Below are positions 25,346-38,545 of a stretch of 64,000 nt of DNA, one piece after another; the first letter of the stretch is position 1; every line of letters begins with the position of its first letter. A model generated the notes under the pieces. It had not been told where the DNA came from. It saw nothing but the letters and a program-made list of their open reading frames with translations, and ran no database searches. A program made the translations under genes and the position numbers. This DNA comes from Octopus sinensis (lineage: Eukaryota), in assembly GCF_006345805.1 (NCBI RefSeq), contig NC_043002.1, positions 13,826,001 to 13,890,000 on the forward strand, written 5' to 3'.

Positions 25346-26576
25346 TGTGTGTGTGGTGTGTGTTTGGTTGTGTGTTCGTGTGTGTGCACGCGTCAGCATT
25401 TGATCATAGGGAGAATCTACATCTACTTACTATTTTCATCCAGAATTTAAAAAAAACTACGGAAATAGTATATTAGTGAATATTAACTTCCAACACTTAT
25501 TAAAGTTTTGATGATATTTGCCGCGTATATATTTCTAGATTCTTCAATTCTTCAGTGTATGGACATTTGAGATAAGCTAATTTTCTAAACCTCCAAAATG
25601 TTTTCTCAACATTTGCAGCATATATAGTCTTAATTATCTCATAAAGGGTCATATCTCAACATTTATTAACTCTTACGGGAGTTATCATGAAGTAATTCAT
25701 TCGATGTTTCAAAATGATGATGTCATATAAATTGGCTTTTCATCACGGCATAGTTATGCAGCTTTCGGTCACTTACATGGTCCGGTAGTATTTTTAAACA
25801 AAGGAAAAACATACAAAACAGCTTCGCTGATTCGCAAGTGTGACGCGTTTCCTAGCTGACACAAATCTATCATCACATTGGAACGGACATATTACACATA
25901 ATTATATTTCACTCAATAATATAAATTAAATTTCTATTACAGTTTCTGAAAACTATGACAGTGACGTAGATATACATTGAATTTTTATAGCATTTAAAAC
26001 GTTTTGAGTTTAAATTCTGCCGAGGTCTATTTCGCTTATCATCCTTCTGGAATCGATAAATACCAGTTGAGCATTGGCGTTGATATAATTGACCAGCTAC
26101 CTCACCCCAAAATTTCAGGTCTTGTGGTTAACAGAATTGTTGGCGCCTCGGGTAAAATGCTTATTCACCTCTCCACCCGACTCTACATCCCTAACTCAAA
26201 CCCCACGAGGTCAACTTAGTCATTCGGTGCTTCTGATTCAATAAATAAAGTGTCAGTGAAGTATGAGGCTCGCCGAGGACCACATATCTCCAACCGTCAA
26301 AATTGCTTGTGCGTACCAGCACTAAAAGAATATTTATAAAGAAAATTATAACTGAGAATAGAAAGTCTTTGCATTGTAAAACCAAGACTGTTGATTAACC
26401 GATGTAATGAAGCTAAACTATCAATGAAAGAAAACCGCCACCAACCTTTGAATCTCGCCAGAAATAAATGCTATTTACTTAGAGTAACATTATTTTGCTA
26501 AGAAACGTTCCAACGTTATTACTAGACTGATATGAACCTGTCCTGTGTCACGAATGCGTTATAAATGAACAAGGGA

Positions 26577-26809
26577 AAGGTGGCGAGCTGGCAGAGACGT
26601 TAGCACGCCGGGCGAAGTGCTTCGCGGTATTTCGCCCGTCGCTACATTATGAGTTCAAATTCCGCCGTGGTTGACTTTGCCTTTCATCCTTTCGGGGTTG
26701 ATAAATTAAGTACCAGTTACACACTGGGGTCGATGTAATCGACTTAATCCGTTTATCTGTCCTTGTTTGTCCCCTCTGTGTTTAGCCCCTTGTGGGCAAT
26801 AAAGAAATA
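26577..26809 (+). mobile_element. SINE family B monomer with 17-bp TSD
   Basis: TATAAATGAACAAGGGA at 26560-26576 and 26810-26826. Confidence 0.92.
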
Positions 26810-27999
26810 TATAAATGAACAAGGGACAATCTCGAACTGAATAGCCCAGTTTCGTTTCCTATTTAGGTTGAACACAATTCATTTCGTACATGTTAAATAA
26901 CTTTAGAAAAGTATGCATATGAAAATCTATTTCTGTGCTTTCATAATTAAAATGAATGATAACGTATCATCTGCCCTATGAACAAATTCAAATACTTAGA
27001 TTGAACCCAAGAAAGATATATTAACTTGATATAATATTGTGTTCAAATGGATTATTTAATGGATTCCAATTCTCTCAATAGAAATGAAATTCCTTTATAA
27101 TTTTCAGGATTTTGATGTGTTCAGTGGCAGTTTTATATTTAGATGGAATATCTTGACCGTTTTTATTTCTAGAGTTACAAAATTGTTAAAATAAAAATAT
27201 AATCTATGAATGTGAATACAAGATTAGAATTTATATAGAATATTTTGAAAAGTAACAAATAGCAGAGAATTGTTTTTAACACATCGTTCTTAACAATCGA
27301 AATATATAAATTGTTATTCTGGGAAAATGATTTGTGTATACTTTAATATTTGATTATTGTGACTCTCTAACCCTCAATACTAACATTTCTTCACCTTCCA
27401 CACATTTCTGTCAACCAGTTTCATTAACTAAAGTAACACGATGGTAATAAATGATGCCATTTATATTACAATAGGTGCTGCGAAGGAGAAAAATTTCCTG
27501 ATAATTTCAACATTTAGACCTCGATTTTAACAAACATCCAAGTTGAGTTTGTTAAAAATGAAGTCATTGCAAGCGGCGAGCGAGGTCAGCGGTGTAAGAA
27601 ACCACGTCAGAACTGCCTCACCGTTAAACTAATGACTATAGATTGAGCAATTTTTAGAACTATTGGAAATAGATAAATTTGAATCACAGAGACGGATAAA
27701 CGTACACAGACTATGAGAAATACACATGCACAAATATATGTATGCACATACATAGAAACAAATGAAAATATACATACATACATAAGTAGATAGACACACG
27801 CACAAATATATATATGTATGAATATGTATATTTATGAATGTATATATATATACATATATAATATACACACATACACACACACACACACACGCATATATAT
27901 ATATATGTGCATCTGTATATCTGTATACATATATAGATTCAAAGATGTAGATGTATATATTCGTATGTCTGTATGCGTGTGTGTGTTTAATGTGCAAGT

Positions 28000-28038
<39 letters not shown>

Positions 28039-28372
28039 CGATTTTGTGTTTAAGCGTGTGAGTATACGTAATGATAAATTTAGAGAAAAGATTGTATCGA
28101 TCAAAAAATCTATATAAATGTATTTCTCTGGATGATAAGTCAAAGATATTGGGAAAAAGAAGAATGAGAACGAAAATGAGACAATTATCGCGCGTGAAGT
28201 AAAGTATATAAGTATATATAGACACATTGTTATTCACAGAACAAACTTTAGTCACATGTTTCTGCTTCCATCCAAATAGACATTCCTGTCTCTCTCTATT
28301 TCCATATGTATGTCTATGCGTGTGCCTGTGTGTATTGTGTATGTGTCCATCCATCCATCCATCCATCCATCC

Positions 28373-28446
<74 letters not shown>

Positions 28447-28530
28447 GTATGTAGGTATGTATGTATGTATTTATCTATCTATCTATCTTTTTTTCTCTCC
28501 TTGTTTCTCCCCTTGTTTTCTCGTGTCCCT

Positions 28531-28652
28531 TTCTGTAGAAGAGCGTAGGCTCGAAACGTAAAAGACGTTTTCTATTCCTGAGCATTATACTAATATATCT
28601 GTATGTTTTGTACACCACCTGTCTTCGTCTCTTGTTTTTTTCGTAAACTCTC

Positions 28653-28655
<3 letters not shown>
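28531..28655 (+). mobile_element. Same dispersed repeat (copy 2)
   Basis: CTGTAGA-A-GAGC gtag GCTC-GAAA-CG-TA-AAAGAC followed by TTCCTGAGC..ATACTAATA..CACCTG.CTTCGTCT as in copy 1. Confidence 0.65.
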
Positions 28656-28726
<71 letters not shown>

Positions 28727-29740
28727 ATGTGTGTATGTATGTATACGCGTGTGTATTATATATGTCAGTAGGTATGAGAGGGGAATACATTTATATAGCT
28801 ACTTGGCAACCTTAGGATTGCGGCCATAATGCATCCTGCTTCATGTGTCTTCGTGTAGTAATAATTTCACCTTGCAAGTAATTATGGTTACACGTTTGCA
28901 TTAATATGCATGTTCAACATTATACTATACAACTATGTAATGCTGTATACATACAATATGTGTGCAGACACACACACACACACACACACGCATACGTATA
29001 TATATAAGAATGTATAAAGTTACACACAGAAGAGACGAGACACACGCAGATATACGAATATACAGATATGCATAATCATATGTTCAATTATTTGCTTTAG
29101 TTTTAATGTGACAAGCTGAAAGTTAACAAAGCGATACGGAACATGTTTTAGAAAAACTCCTTGGAGAATATGTAACATCTAAAAAAAAAAGAATAAAAAG
29201 AAACGGAAAACAAAAGAAAAAACACTAGCTAGTCACCGTACATAAAAATGAACTCGGCTACAAGCTTTGTTCTCTAAAATTTTCTGTCATATTAGATTAT
29301 ATTATTTCTATTGAGAGAGAAAGAAAAGAAAGCTATCCAAAAGAAGTCTGTATCGTGATGCTTAATTTAGTTATGAAAATATTCTCCATACTTACAGCAG
29401 TGCCTATACAATACCCCGTTGCTATAGAAATAGCTAAATAACGAAAGAAGCTACTTTTAAAAGGTAATGTGTCGTCAGTTTATATAATTTTAGTGTAGGG
29501 TCAAGATTGAAGTAAGCTATATGCCACATAATTCAGAAAAAAAAAATGTCTGGCCATCTAAAACGTCTATTGGTAGACAAACGTAAATGTATATTAAATA
29601 ATAAACGTACCATTCATACAGATAAGATGGAATACCGATTACCAGGGAAGATCGAAGGAAAAGAATTAGCCAGTGAGTCAGTGTGATGCATACGTGAAAA
29701 GTTTAAATCTCTTGAGGAGCAATTTGAGAGAAGTTCTCTG

Positions 29741-30203
29741 GGATCTTTTCGGTTTGACCGGCAGTTTTTTTCTAGCGGTGTCATATGAAATTTTCACCCA
29801 TAATTATGACCCTAGTATCGATCTATTGCATTTCAATTTGTTTTAGGGTTAGGGTTAGAGTTAGGGTTAGTTAGTATTAGTAGGATTAGTTAGGGTTAGG
29901 GTTAGGGGTGGGGTAGGGTATATTTTTTTCCTCAGAAATGTAAATAAATCCAATCTGTTTTTAAACGAGGGACATATTCATACGGCACAGAATGTTTTCA
30001 CCTCAATAGACGTCATTGATTGGTTGAAATTGCAGAAATTGAAGAAAAAAAACCAACAAATATCTTACAAACCATAGAATTTTCGCAATAAAGCCAAGAG
30101 AAAAAGATGTTTCATAAACACATTCTACCAGTATACGAAGTTTGAAATTGCTTAGTTACGTGGAAATTATTTTTAAAAACAGCCGGTCAAACCGAAAAGA
30201 TCC
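29741..30203. mobile_element. Merlin-like MITE with internal TTAGGG repeats
   Basis: 22-bp perfect TIR GGATCTTTTCGGTTTGACCGGC; 8-bp TSD GTTCTCTG (29733-29740, 30204-30211); TTAGGG-like run 29843-29915. Confidence 0.85.
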
Positions 30204-30566
30204 GTTCTCTGAATATCAGCGCCCATAGTAAAATAATGCCAGTTTGTTTACCACAAGTGTTGCGTGGCTCAAATGTTTTCAAAGATATCTATCCCTCAGG
30301 TTCTACAAATGGGTGCTAGCTTGAGGGTTTTTCTTTTGTCTACGGGGTTGAAAGATGGCTGGTGGTTGGAGTCCTTCTTTTTCAAGTCACGTATGCACAG
30401 TTAAGTATGCACCAACAAATGATACTCAAACTTCAGCACAATCTCCCTATAAAATAATACATGTTCGCACCACATAAACATAGTATATAAAATCGCAAAC
30501 ACATCATGCACTGCATACATAGATATAACTGCATATATTCCCAAGCAGAAGGAAACAAGTATACAT

Positions 30567-30936
30567 ACTCTTTTACTCTTTTACTTGTGTCAGTCATTTT
30601 GACTGCGGCCATGCTGGAGTACCGCCTTTACTCGAGCAAATCGACCCCCGGACTTATTCTTTCCTAGCCTAGTATTTACTCTATCGGCCCCTTTTGCCGA
30701 ACCGCTAAGTTATGTGGACGTAAACACACCAGCATCGGTTTTCGAACTATGTTGGGGGGACAAACACACACACACACACACGTATATACATATTACGGCG
30801 GGCTTCTTTCTGTTTCCATCTACCAAATCCACTCACAAGGCCGAGGTTATAGTAGAAGACACTTGCCCGGAATAATGTCTTTGGTAAGCAAGCTACTTAC
30901 TAGCCATATACTTACCACACAGCCACTCCTGTGCCT
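30567..30936 (-). mobile_element. SINE family A
   Basis: Same motifs as 33703-34098. Confidence 0.85.
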
Positions 30937-32409
30937 ATATCATGCATATAAATGGATATATAAATTCATATAAATGCATACATATAAATGTATACGTACG
31001 CATATACATACATACATACATACATACATACATACATACATACATACATACACATATTTCTTTTTCCCATATTCCTTTTCTTGTTTCAGTCACTTGACTG
31101 CGTCTATGCTGGAGCACCGCCTTCAAGTGTTTTAGTCGAAGAAATCGACTCCATGATGCGTTTTAAAGCTTAGTTCTTATTCTATTGGTCACATTTGTGG
31201 AACAGCTAAGTTAGGGGGAGGCAAACACACCGCTACCGGTTGTCAATCGATGAAGGGAGGACAAACATCGCCAAAAAAACTCACACACAAAGATACACAC
31301 ACACACACACACATATATATATGGTGCCCCAGCATGGCCGCGGCCTTCGGGCTAAAACATCTTTAAGGATTTAAGGATTTATATATATATATACATGTAT
31401 ATACGACGAGATTCTTTCATTTCCATATACCAAGTCCACTCACAGGGCTTTGGTCGACCGTAGCTATAGTATAAGAGACCTGCCCAAGTTTTCACGGAAT
31501 GGGTCGAAACCCGGTACCATGGGGTTGGAAGGCAAGTGTCTTACCATACACAACCGCTCTTATACATGCGTAGAGGGACATAGGCATGCACTTCTATAAA
31601 TACGTATATAAACTAGCAGAAACAACGACAGGCATACACGTACGAGCTCACATATATACACACACAAGGGGGGGGGACAACAATATATACATGAAGAATA
31701 CTAGAGCACACATACATATATTCATATATAATATACATAAGGACACTGAAACATCAAAACATAACAAGCACACACACACACACACTAATGAATCTAAGCA
31801 CACAAACACATGCATGCAGAATCACATGCAGATAGACAAAGCCACACAAAGAACACCATACACAAATAGACCTTGGCAGGAAAACGAACGCACGCACAGA
31901 TACAATATATTACGTTCAACCAGCCACCAACAGTCATCGGCCCTGCGCATACAAAGGCTCACACATAAACAACACACAAATGCACACATTGATATGAGCA
32001 ACAAAAGCACTGGCAAAAATATATAAAACACACGCATTGACACAAAACATTGATAGATAGATTCACAAATAAATACGCCCCGCACACACAAGCTCATACA
32101 TACATTCACACCTACTCAAGGAAACATACAAACAGAGAATAAATTTTAAAATATTATTTAATATTCCTATGTGTGCAATATTAAATACACCTGTCGGGCA
32201 ATACGAGAGAAACACCGCATTTTATTTAACTATTTTTTTGTTCGATTGGCAATATGACAAATTTAAAATTGTTTTAGTCTGTATATGTTTGAGTGCATCA
32301 ACAATTTCTCGTATTCTTTAACACAGAACGTTTGTTTTTCTGGTTTGTAGATACTTGTATTTAATTAAGTTACAGTGCACTACCTATATGATTTCAGAAG
32401 AGGACAAAT

Positions 32410-32965
32410 ATTTTCTTTCTACTCTAGGCACAAGGCCTGAATTATTTGCGGAGGTGGGTCAGTCGATTAGATCGACCACAGTGCACAACTGGTATTTAGT
32501 TTATCGACCCCAAAAGAATGAAAGGCAAAGTCGACCTCGGTGGAATTTGAACTCAGAACATAAAGACAGAGGAAATACCTATTTCTTTACTACCCACAAG
32601 GGGCTAAACGCAGAGAGGATAAACAAGAACAGACAAACGGATTAAGTCGATTATATCGACCCCAGTGCGTAACTGGTACTTAATTTATCGACCCCGAAAG
32701 GATGAATGGCAAAGTCGACCTCGGCGGAATTTGAACTTAGAACGTAACGGCAGACGAAATACCGCTAAGCATTTCGCCCGGTGTGCTACCATTTCTTATT
32801 TCCTTATTGCCCACAAGGAGCTAAACATAGAGGGGACAAACAAGAACAGACAAATGGATCAAGTCAATTATATCGACCCCATTACGTAACTGGTACTTAA
32901 TTTATCGACCCCAAAAGGATGAAAGTCAAAGTCGACCACGGTGGAATTTGAATTTAGAACATAAC
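32410..32965 (-). mobile_element. SINE family B multimer
   Basis: AAAGTCGACC(T/A)CGG(C/T)GGAATTTGAA recurs three times. Confidence 0.85.
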
Positions 32966-33702
32966 CCAAAAGCATGCTTCGAATAAGAGTGTCAAGCCTA
33001 CGTCCAAAATAGTTCTAACCATAGAATAATTCTGAGCGGATTTGTTGTGATTTGCTTCCCTTTTCAAAAGTTGGGTCCATTATCAGAAGAGTACGTGTCA
33101 TCCAAGTGACTTGGTTCCATTTCGTGTAAATATATTAGGAGTCATTTCAAGGAGAAAGTATAAAATATTGGAAAAGAGACCTTAAGGGATTATGAGTGAG
33201 AATTGGTAAGTGCATTCAATTATTGTTAATTATTGTTTTCACGCCGGGTCTCTTATTTGGATGTTGTTGTCAGAATGCGAAATGAGTTCTTTAGCATAAA
33301 CCCATGAGCCGTAGTTAATATCTTAGTCATAATGATTGAGGTAACTCACTTCATAAAGGTTTGCTATTCAAAGAAGATCACGTAGCGTGTATGGTAGATA
33401 TGTAAGATATCGGGGATTATGAACTGTTGAACAATAAGACAATTGCACGTCTTTTTACTGCTACAACTATATAAATTCAATACACTTTTGGACAAACAAT
33501 GCCCGTCGTTAGCGAGGAGAAAAAATGTAATATTGCGCCATAAGTCAAGCTATACCATCGCAAAACTAAGAGAGACTTGTATGGGGAAAATTATGTCACT
33601 GACCTTATTCATGCGTAATGGCCGTCGAAACTAAGCAAAAAAGGCAAAATAAAATCCTTGTAGCGGCAGTATGAACACTTGTGAACTTTAGCTGCCCACA
33701 TT

Positions 33703-34098
33703 ACTCTTTTACTCTTTTACTTGTTTCAGCCATTTGACTGCGGCCATGCTGAAGCACCGCCTTAAGTCGAGCAAATCGACCCCGGGACTTATTCTTTGCA
33801 AGCCCAGTACTTATTCTATCGGTGTCTTTTGCCGAACCGCTAAGTTACGGGGATGTAAATACACTAGCATCGGTTGTCAAGCAATGCTAGGGGGACAAAC
33901 AGACACACAAACATATACACACACACATATATAAATATATACATATATACGACAGGTTTCTTTCAGTTTCCGTCCACCAAATCCACTCACAAGGCATTGG
34001 TCGGCCCGGGGCTATAGCAGAAGACACTTGCCCAAAGATGCCACGCAGTGGGACTGAACCCGGAACCATGTGGTTGGTAAGCAAGCTACTTACCACAC
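33703..34098 (-). mobile_element. SINE family A (tRNA-like head, internal microsatellite, (GAGTAAAA)n tail)
   Basis: Matches 49708-50119 in reverse orientation. Confidence 0.88.
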
Positions 34099-35879
34099 AT
34101 TGTAGCTTTTTACTTTTGACTGCCCATTTTAGTTCAACACATGATGGTCGGATCCATTTTGTTTTACTTGGACCGCTCATATCTTTAACGTGATGGACTA
34201 GCCTAGCATCTGTTCCTCATATATAAAATGGGAAGTTCTAATTTATTAAGTTCCCAGAGATGAAAATTTTGCTACGAACGACCACAGACCTTGACATGAA
34301 AACAATTTTGATTTTAATTTGCAATTTTCGGTTTGAACAGATTTCAAGCTAGAATCCTTGACGCTATGGCTAGCGTTCTATCAACCTTTGAATAAAAGTA
34401 ACCAGAATTACTGTGATACTGTATTTCAGGTTTTTCTTTAAACTCTATTCTACATTTTGATGAACACTTAAATATATATAATGTTATGACAATTGAAATG
34501 TTTCTCCATTTTGCTCTATCAACTTTCTGCTGTGGCCTATCGTAATTCGTCTCTGAATTCGTTTATTATTATCCATCTTGAATTCATTTAAGTGACCTTA
34601 CTGCAATTCGTACATCCACATACATACTTACTGCACCAAATCCTCAACATGAGGCCAATCCTGGATGATAGCAACTCACTGGACTGCTCTACTGCCAGAT
34701 AATGGTGTTGAATGAAATCTAACTGCCATTAACTGAGAAACCTAAAAGTCGGAAAAGTACCGCAGGCTATCATGTTCGATGCTGCAATTTTTTTTTAATC
34801 AGTTTACTTTCACTTCCTTAAACTAATATATTATTTGATTATAATCGTGAAGATGTAAGGCAAATTTGAACTAGTTGTGAAAAATTTTCAAAACGTAAGA
34901 TTGGCCACAGACTTTGAATGAAACAAATTGGGAAATTTCTAATCTTAAGAATAAAAATCCCACCTTTTCGAGATAGTAAATGATATGATTGTTTACACAA
35001 CGTCTATCTTGTTTACAGTAGTGTGTGTCCACCCGCCCTCATGGGCAGCCTTCAAAATTTTCTATTTAAAGCGATTTTAACCCAACATATTAATGTCATA
35101 AAATAAGAAATATTTCCATCAGTAATTATAGATACCACTATATATCTACAAGACTATTTAAAAGTTTCTTTAACTTTAATAAATAACGATAAAATCGCAA
35201 TTTCTGTTCTTTGTCTGACGCTCAAACTACCTAACAATATTCCCTGCCGAAATTCATCAATTAAATCACTTGTATAGGCGTTTACAAAAGTATTTTGATA
35301 GATCTAGACAAACTCGAAGAAACTGTCAAAAATCTGTTAATCTCTAACTTAGGTCAAAACATAAGTGACACACAAAAACTTATTGACAGACTTAATAAGA
35401 TTATAAAAATGACTTGTTAATGTAATTTTGATTAAATACGTCTATAATCACCAATATTATGTTTTTCTATAGTCATATCAAAATCTGACAGAACATTTAT
35501 ATTAAACTTCTAAATACCGCTACACAAATCGATTGATAAGCTCAAGTAGGAACTAAAAAGAAGACATCTTCTCACAGTGCAATGCAACAGGATTGAACCT
35601 ATAAGTATAAAACCTACTTACATGCGAAACGATATTTTTCAATGAACAAGTTTGTGCATGCGTAGGCACATATGGGTTAATTTTTAACGTCTCATAGATT
35701 ATAAGTTGCATATCTCCTATAACGGGAGGCTATTGTTGGCCAAGATACTGGTAGGGTATCTTTTATCTTCCATTATAAATTTAAATCCAGTCAAACGAAT
35801 TATCAAGTCGAAGATATAGTGAGATAACAAATCCGAATAACATTTATTTATAGGCTCGGAGTTTGGCTCTCGTTAACCA

Positions 35880-36160
35880 TCTCTAGCGTGGTGTATCCTT
35901 CGCCGTGTTGTATGTGAGAGGCAGCGAGTTGCTGCTAATGAGACGAGCTGCTTCTAGCGTGAGAGGCGCGCGGGGAACGAGGATTGAACGAGCTCAAGAG
36001 CTGTCTTATAGAGGTGTCCTTCGGGAAAGGCTTACTGTTTTGTTGCTCATGCCCACCGGAAGTTTGTGAGATCTCGCTCCGGTCTCGAGAAGCTAATTGC
36101 TGCCAGCATGATCTCAATATGACGCGTCACTCACTCAATATGGCGCGTCTGTGCGACACT
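35880..36160 (-). promoter_or_regulatory. Candidate CpG-rich promoter / first exon
   Basis: Local CpG enrichment; ETS motif CCGGAAGT at 36056-36063; two YY1-like CTCAATATG(A/G)CGCGTC copies (36113, 36134); minus-strand ATG 36050 and donor GTAAGC at 36035. Confidence 0.45.
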
Positions 36161-36369
36161 ACTCTCCTAATACATGCATATAACAACACAAATCATACAT
36201 ATATATGTGAGTGTATATGTGCGGCTGCATATATATATATGCACAGAGACACACGTACAAACACACATATTAACTGTCGGATAAAAGGGTATTCCGTGTG
36301 TAATTAGAGGTGAAACGTAGACTGGCAACACGTTAAATAAATAATATATAAATAAATATGTAAATATAT

Positions 36370-36459
<90 letters not shown>

Positions 36460-36844
36460 GTTTATATATATACATATGTATATATATATATAGGTTATAA
36501 AATGAGATAGGGGTTGAAAATTCAACCCACCATGGGATAATATATATCCAATATACTGCTAGATAGGTACCCAACAAGACTAATACATAGATGTTAAAAA
36601 TTGCCAAACAATCAGTTCATCTATTGTATTATATGGGTAAAGGTAATAATATTACCGTAAATTAATACTACAAAATTAGAAAATGGAGAAACATACTTAA
36701 CTCAATAAAACATCAACTATCAGATGATACCCAATCAATACTTCATTACACCATTACATATCCGTAAAGGCATTATACAAAATATACAGTAAAAGTAAAT
36801 AGACAAAGAGATATAAGTAGAAAATTTCAAATATAATATGTAAT

Positions 36845-36972
36845 TAAATCAAAACTGACAGCTGTTTCGGCAGTGAGGGCAGTCATACCTCATTTAACCT
36901 ATAAGCCATAAAGGCAGGTATAAATGAGGCATTAACAAGGATGCCCCACGGCCTCTTCAGAGAATTAAATTT
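36845..36972 (-). ncRNA. Type I hammerhead ribozyme with long (~85 nt) stem II
   Basis: Minus strand: CTGAAGA (36960-36954), GGCCGTGGGGCA...TGCCCTCACTGCC, GAAA (36868-36865), palindrome ACAGCTGT, GUC cleavage at 36857; stem I only partly paired. Confidence 0.72.
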
Positions 36973-38434
36973 GTTATAATTGTGAAAAAGATTATTTAAC
37001 CATATACATATAAATATAAAAATATAAAAATGTAAAATATAAAAGCTTATAAATAAACTTCATAATGCTACACTTATATAATATAATACTCATTGGTACA
37101 ATAATGCAAGGTAAACAGAACAAAATAAAACAAAAGATATATCAGTGAATATATCAATATTAATAAGCACCGTTATTATACATATTTGGCTAATAGTTTA
37201 AAAAAAAAAAAAAATAACACATAGTGAGATGAAAAATAATAATTAAAACCATGGTTCAGTTCATAAAATTATAAAGCTATAAAAGTCAGTAAAAATTACT
37301 ATTAATATTATAATAATAATAAATAATAATATAATAATAATAATATAATAATAATATAATAATAGATACAGTTATGTTTGCACCAAGTCCATCTTTCAAG
37401 ATCGAAATAACTATGAGTTTAGAAATACTGACCACTAGGTAATGATAATTTAGATTAATTCGATTGGCTAGTGGTTTGAAATTTAAAAATCAAAAGAAAT
37501 TATACGGTTGGTTAGTCAAGGAACGCCAATATTCACACGCGCATCCACAGATCAATCGCACATACACACATAATTATATGTATACACATACACTTATACA
37601 CATACATAACCACAAGCAACAACTAGCACATAGATAAACAAAAAGGGAAGCAACTATGCTGCCATTTAGTCCTTCAAAATTATAACTATGCCTCAAATAA
37701 CAAAAATGATCCACTCATGCATTTCATAAAATATTTAATTTAAAGATAGAAATATATTTTTAAATATCAGTATGTTACGAAGTCAGATACTATTTCATGG
37801 GTAGCTTAAAATTTATAACACCGGTTTGTTGCATAGTAAACATAGGTTGTTAGATTACCGTAAGTTTGTTATGATTCCAAGTACGCTAAGTTATAAAATA
37901 TAAAATATATATTAATTTATATATTATAAATATATCTCTTATTTACTTAATAAATTTAATGCCATAATATACCAGATTAGGCATTAAATAATATCAACAA
38001 GGGGAAGTACTAATGCAAACGCATATGAGAACATCACAGAAATTTAAAAAATTTTAGTACTTTAAATTATCCTTCCATACATATTTACTTTCATCAATAT
38101 AACATATATATTCACTTTATTTATTTTTTTATTTTATTGTAATGTTATCAATCTCTGAATTTAGTCTTCTAATTATTTATTTATTTGCTTATTTAAGTGT
38201 AGATTTTTACATACTTATCAAATCATCTAATTTGTTATCTATTTATTTTTTACTTATTTACTTATACAAGTGTAGTTTTATACATACATATCTATCATTT
38301 ATTTTTATTTTATTTTAATAATATATGAATACATATATACTGGTTTGTACTTACAATATGTGTGTAACCGTAATTATTCCTTCTTATTTATTTTATCACA
38401 TTTTATCTTAAGTATTTATAATATAATTTCTTTA

Positions 38435-38545
38435 AAATTTCTGTGATTTTCTCATATGCGTTTGCATTAGTACTTCCCCTTGTTGATATTATTTAATGCC
38501 TAATTTTCCCTTACAAACCCGAGCAACGCCGGGCGATACTGCTAG
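38435..38545 (+). mobile_element. Helitron 3' terminal fragment
   Basis: CCCGAGCAACGCCGGGCGATACTGCTAG|T at 38518-38546. Confidence 0.75.

Noticed and set aside
29843-29915. Telomere or chromosome-fusion scar
   Set aside because: Short degenerate TTAGGG run enclosed by TIRs and an 8-bp TSD.
33070-33205. Exon upstream of the GTAAGT donor at ~33206
   Set aside because: All three frames contain stops for the plausible acceptors.
35150-35560. Possible RT remnant (KLPNN..IKSL, DLDKLEE)
   Set aside because: Motifs too degenerate to assign to Penelope or CR1 by eye.
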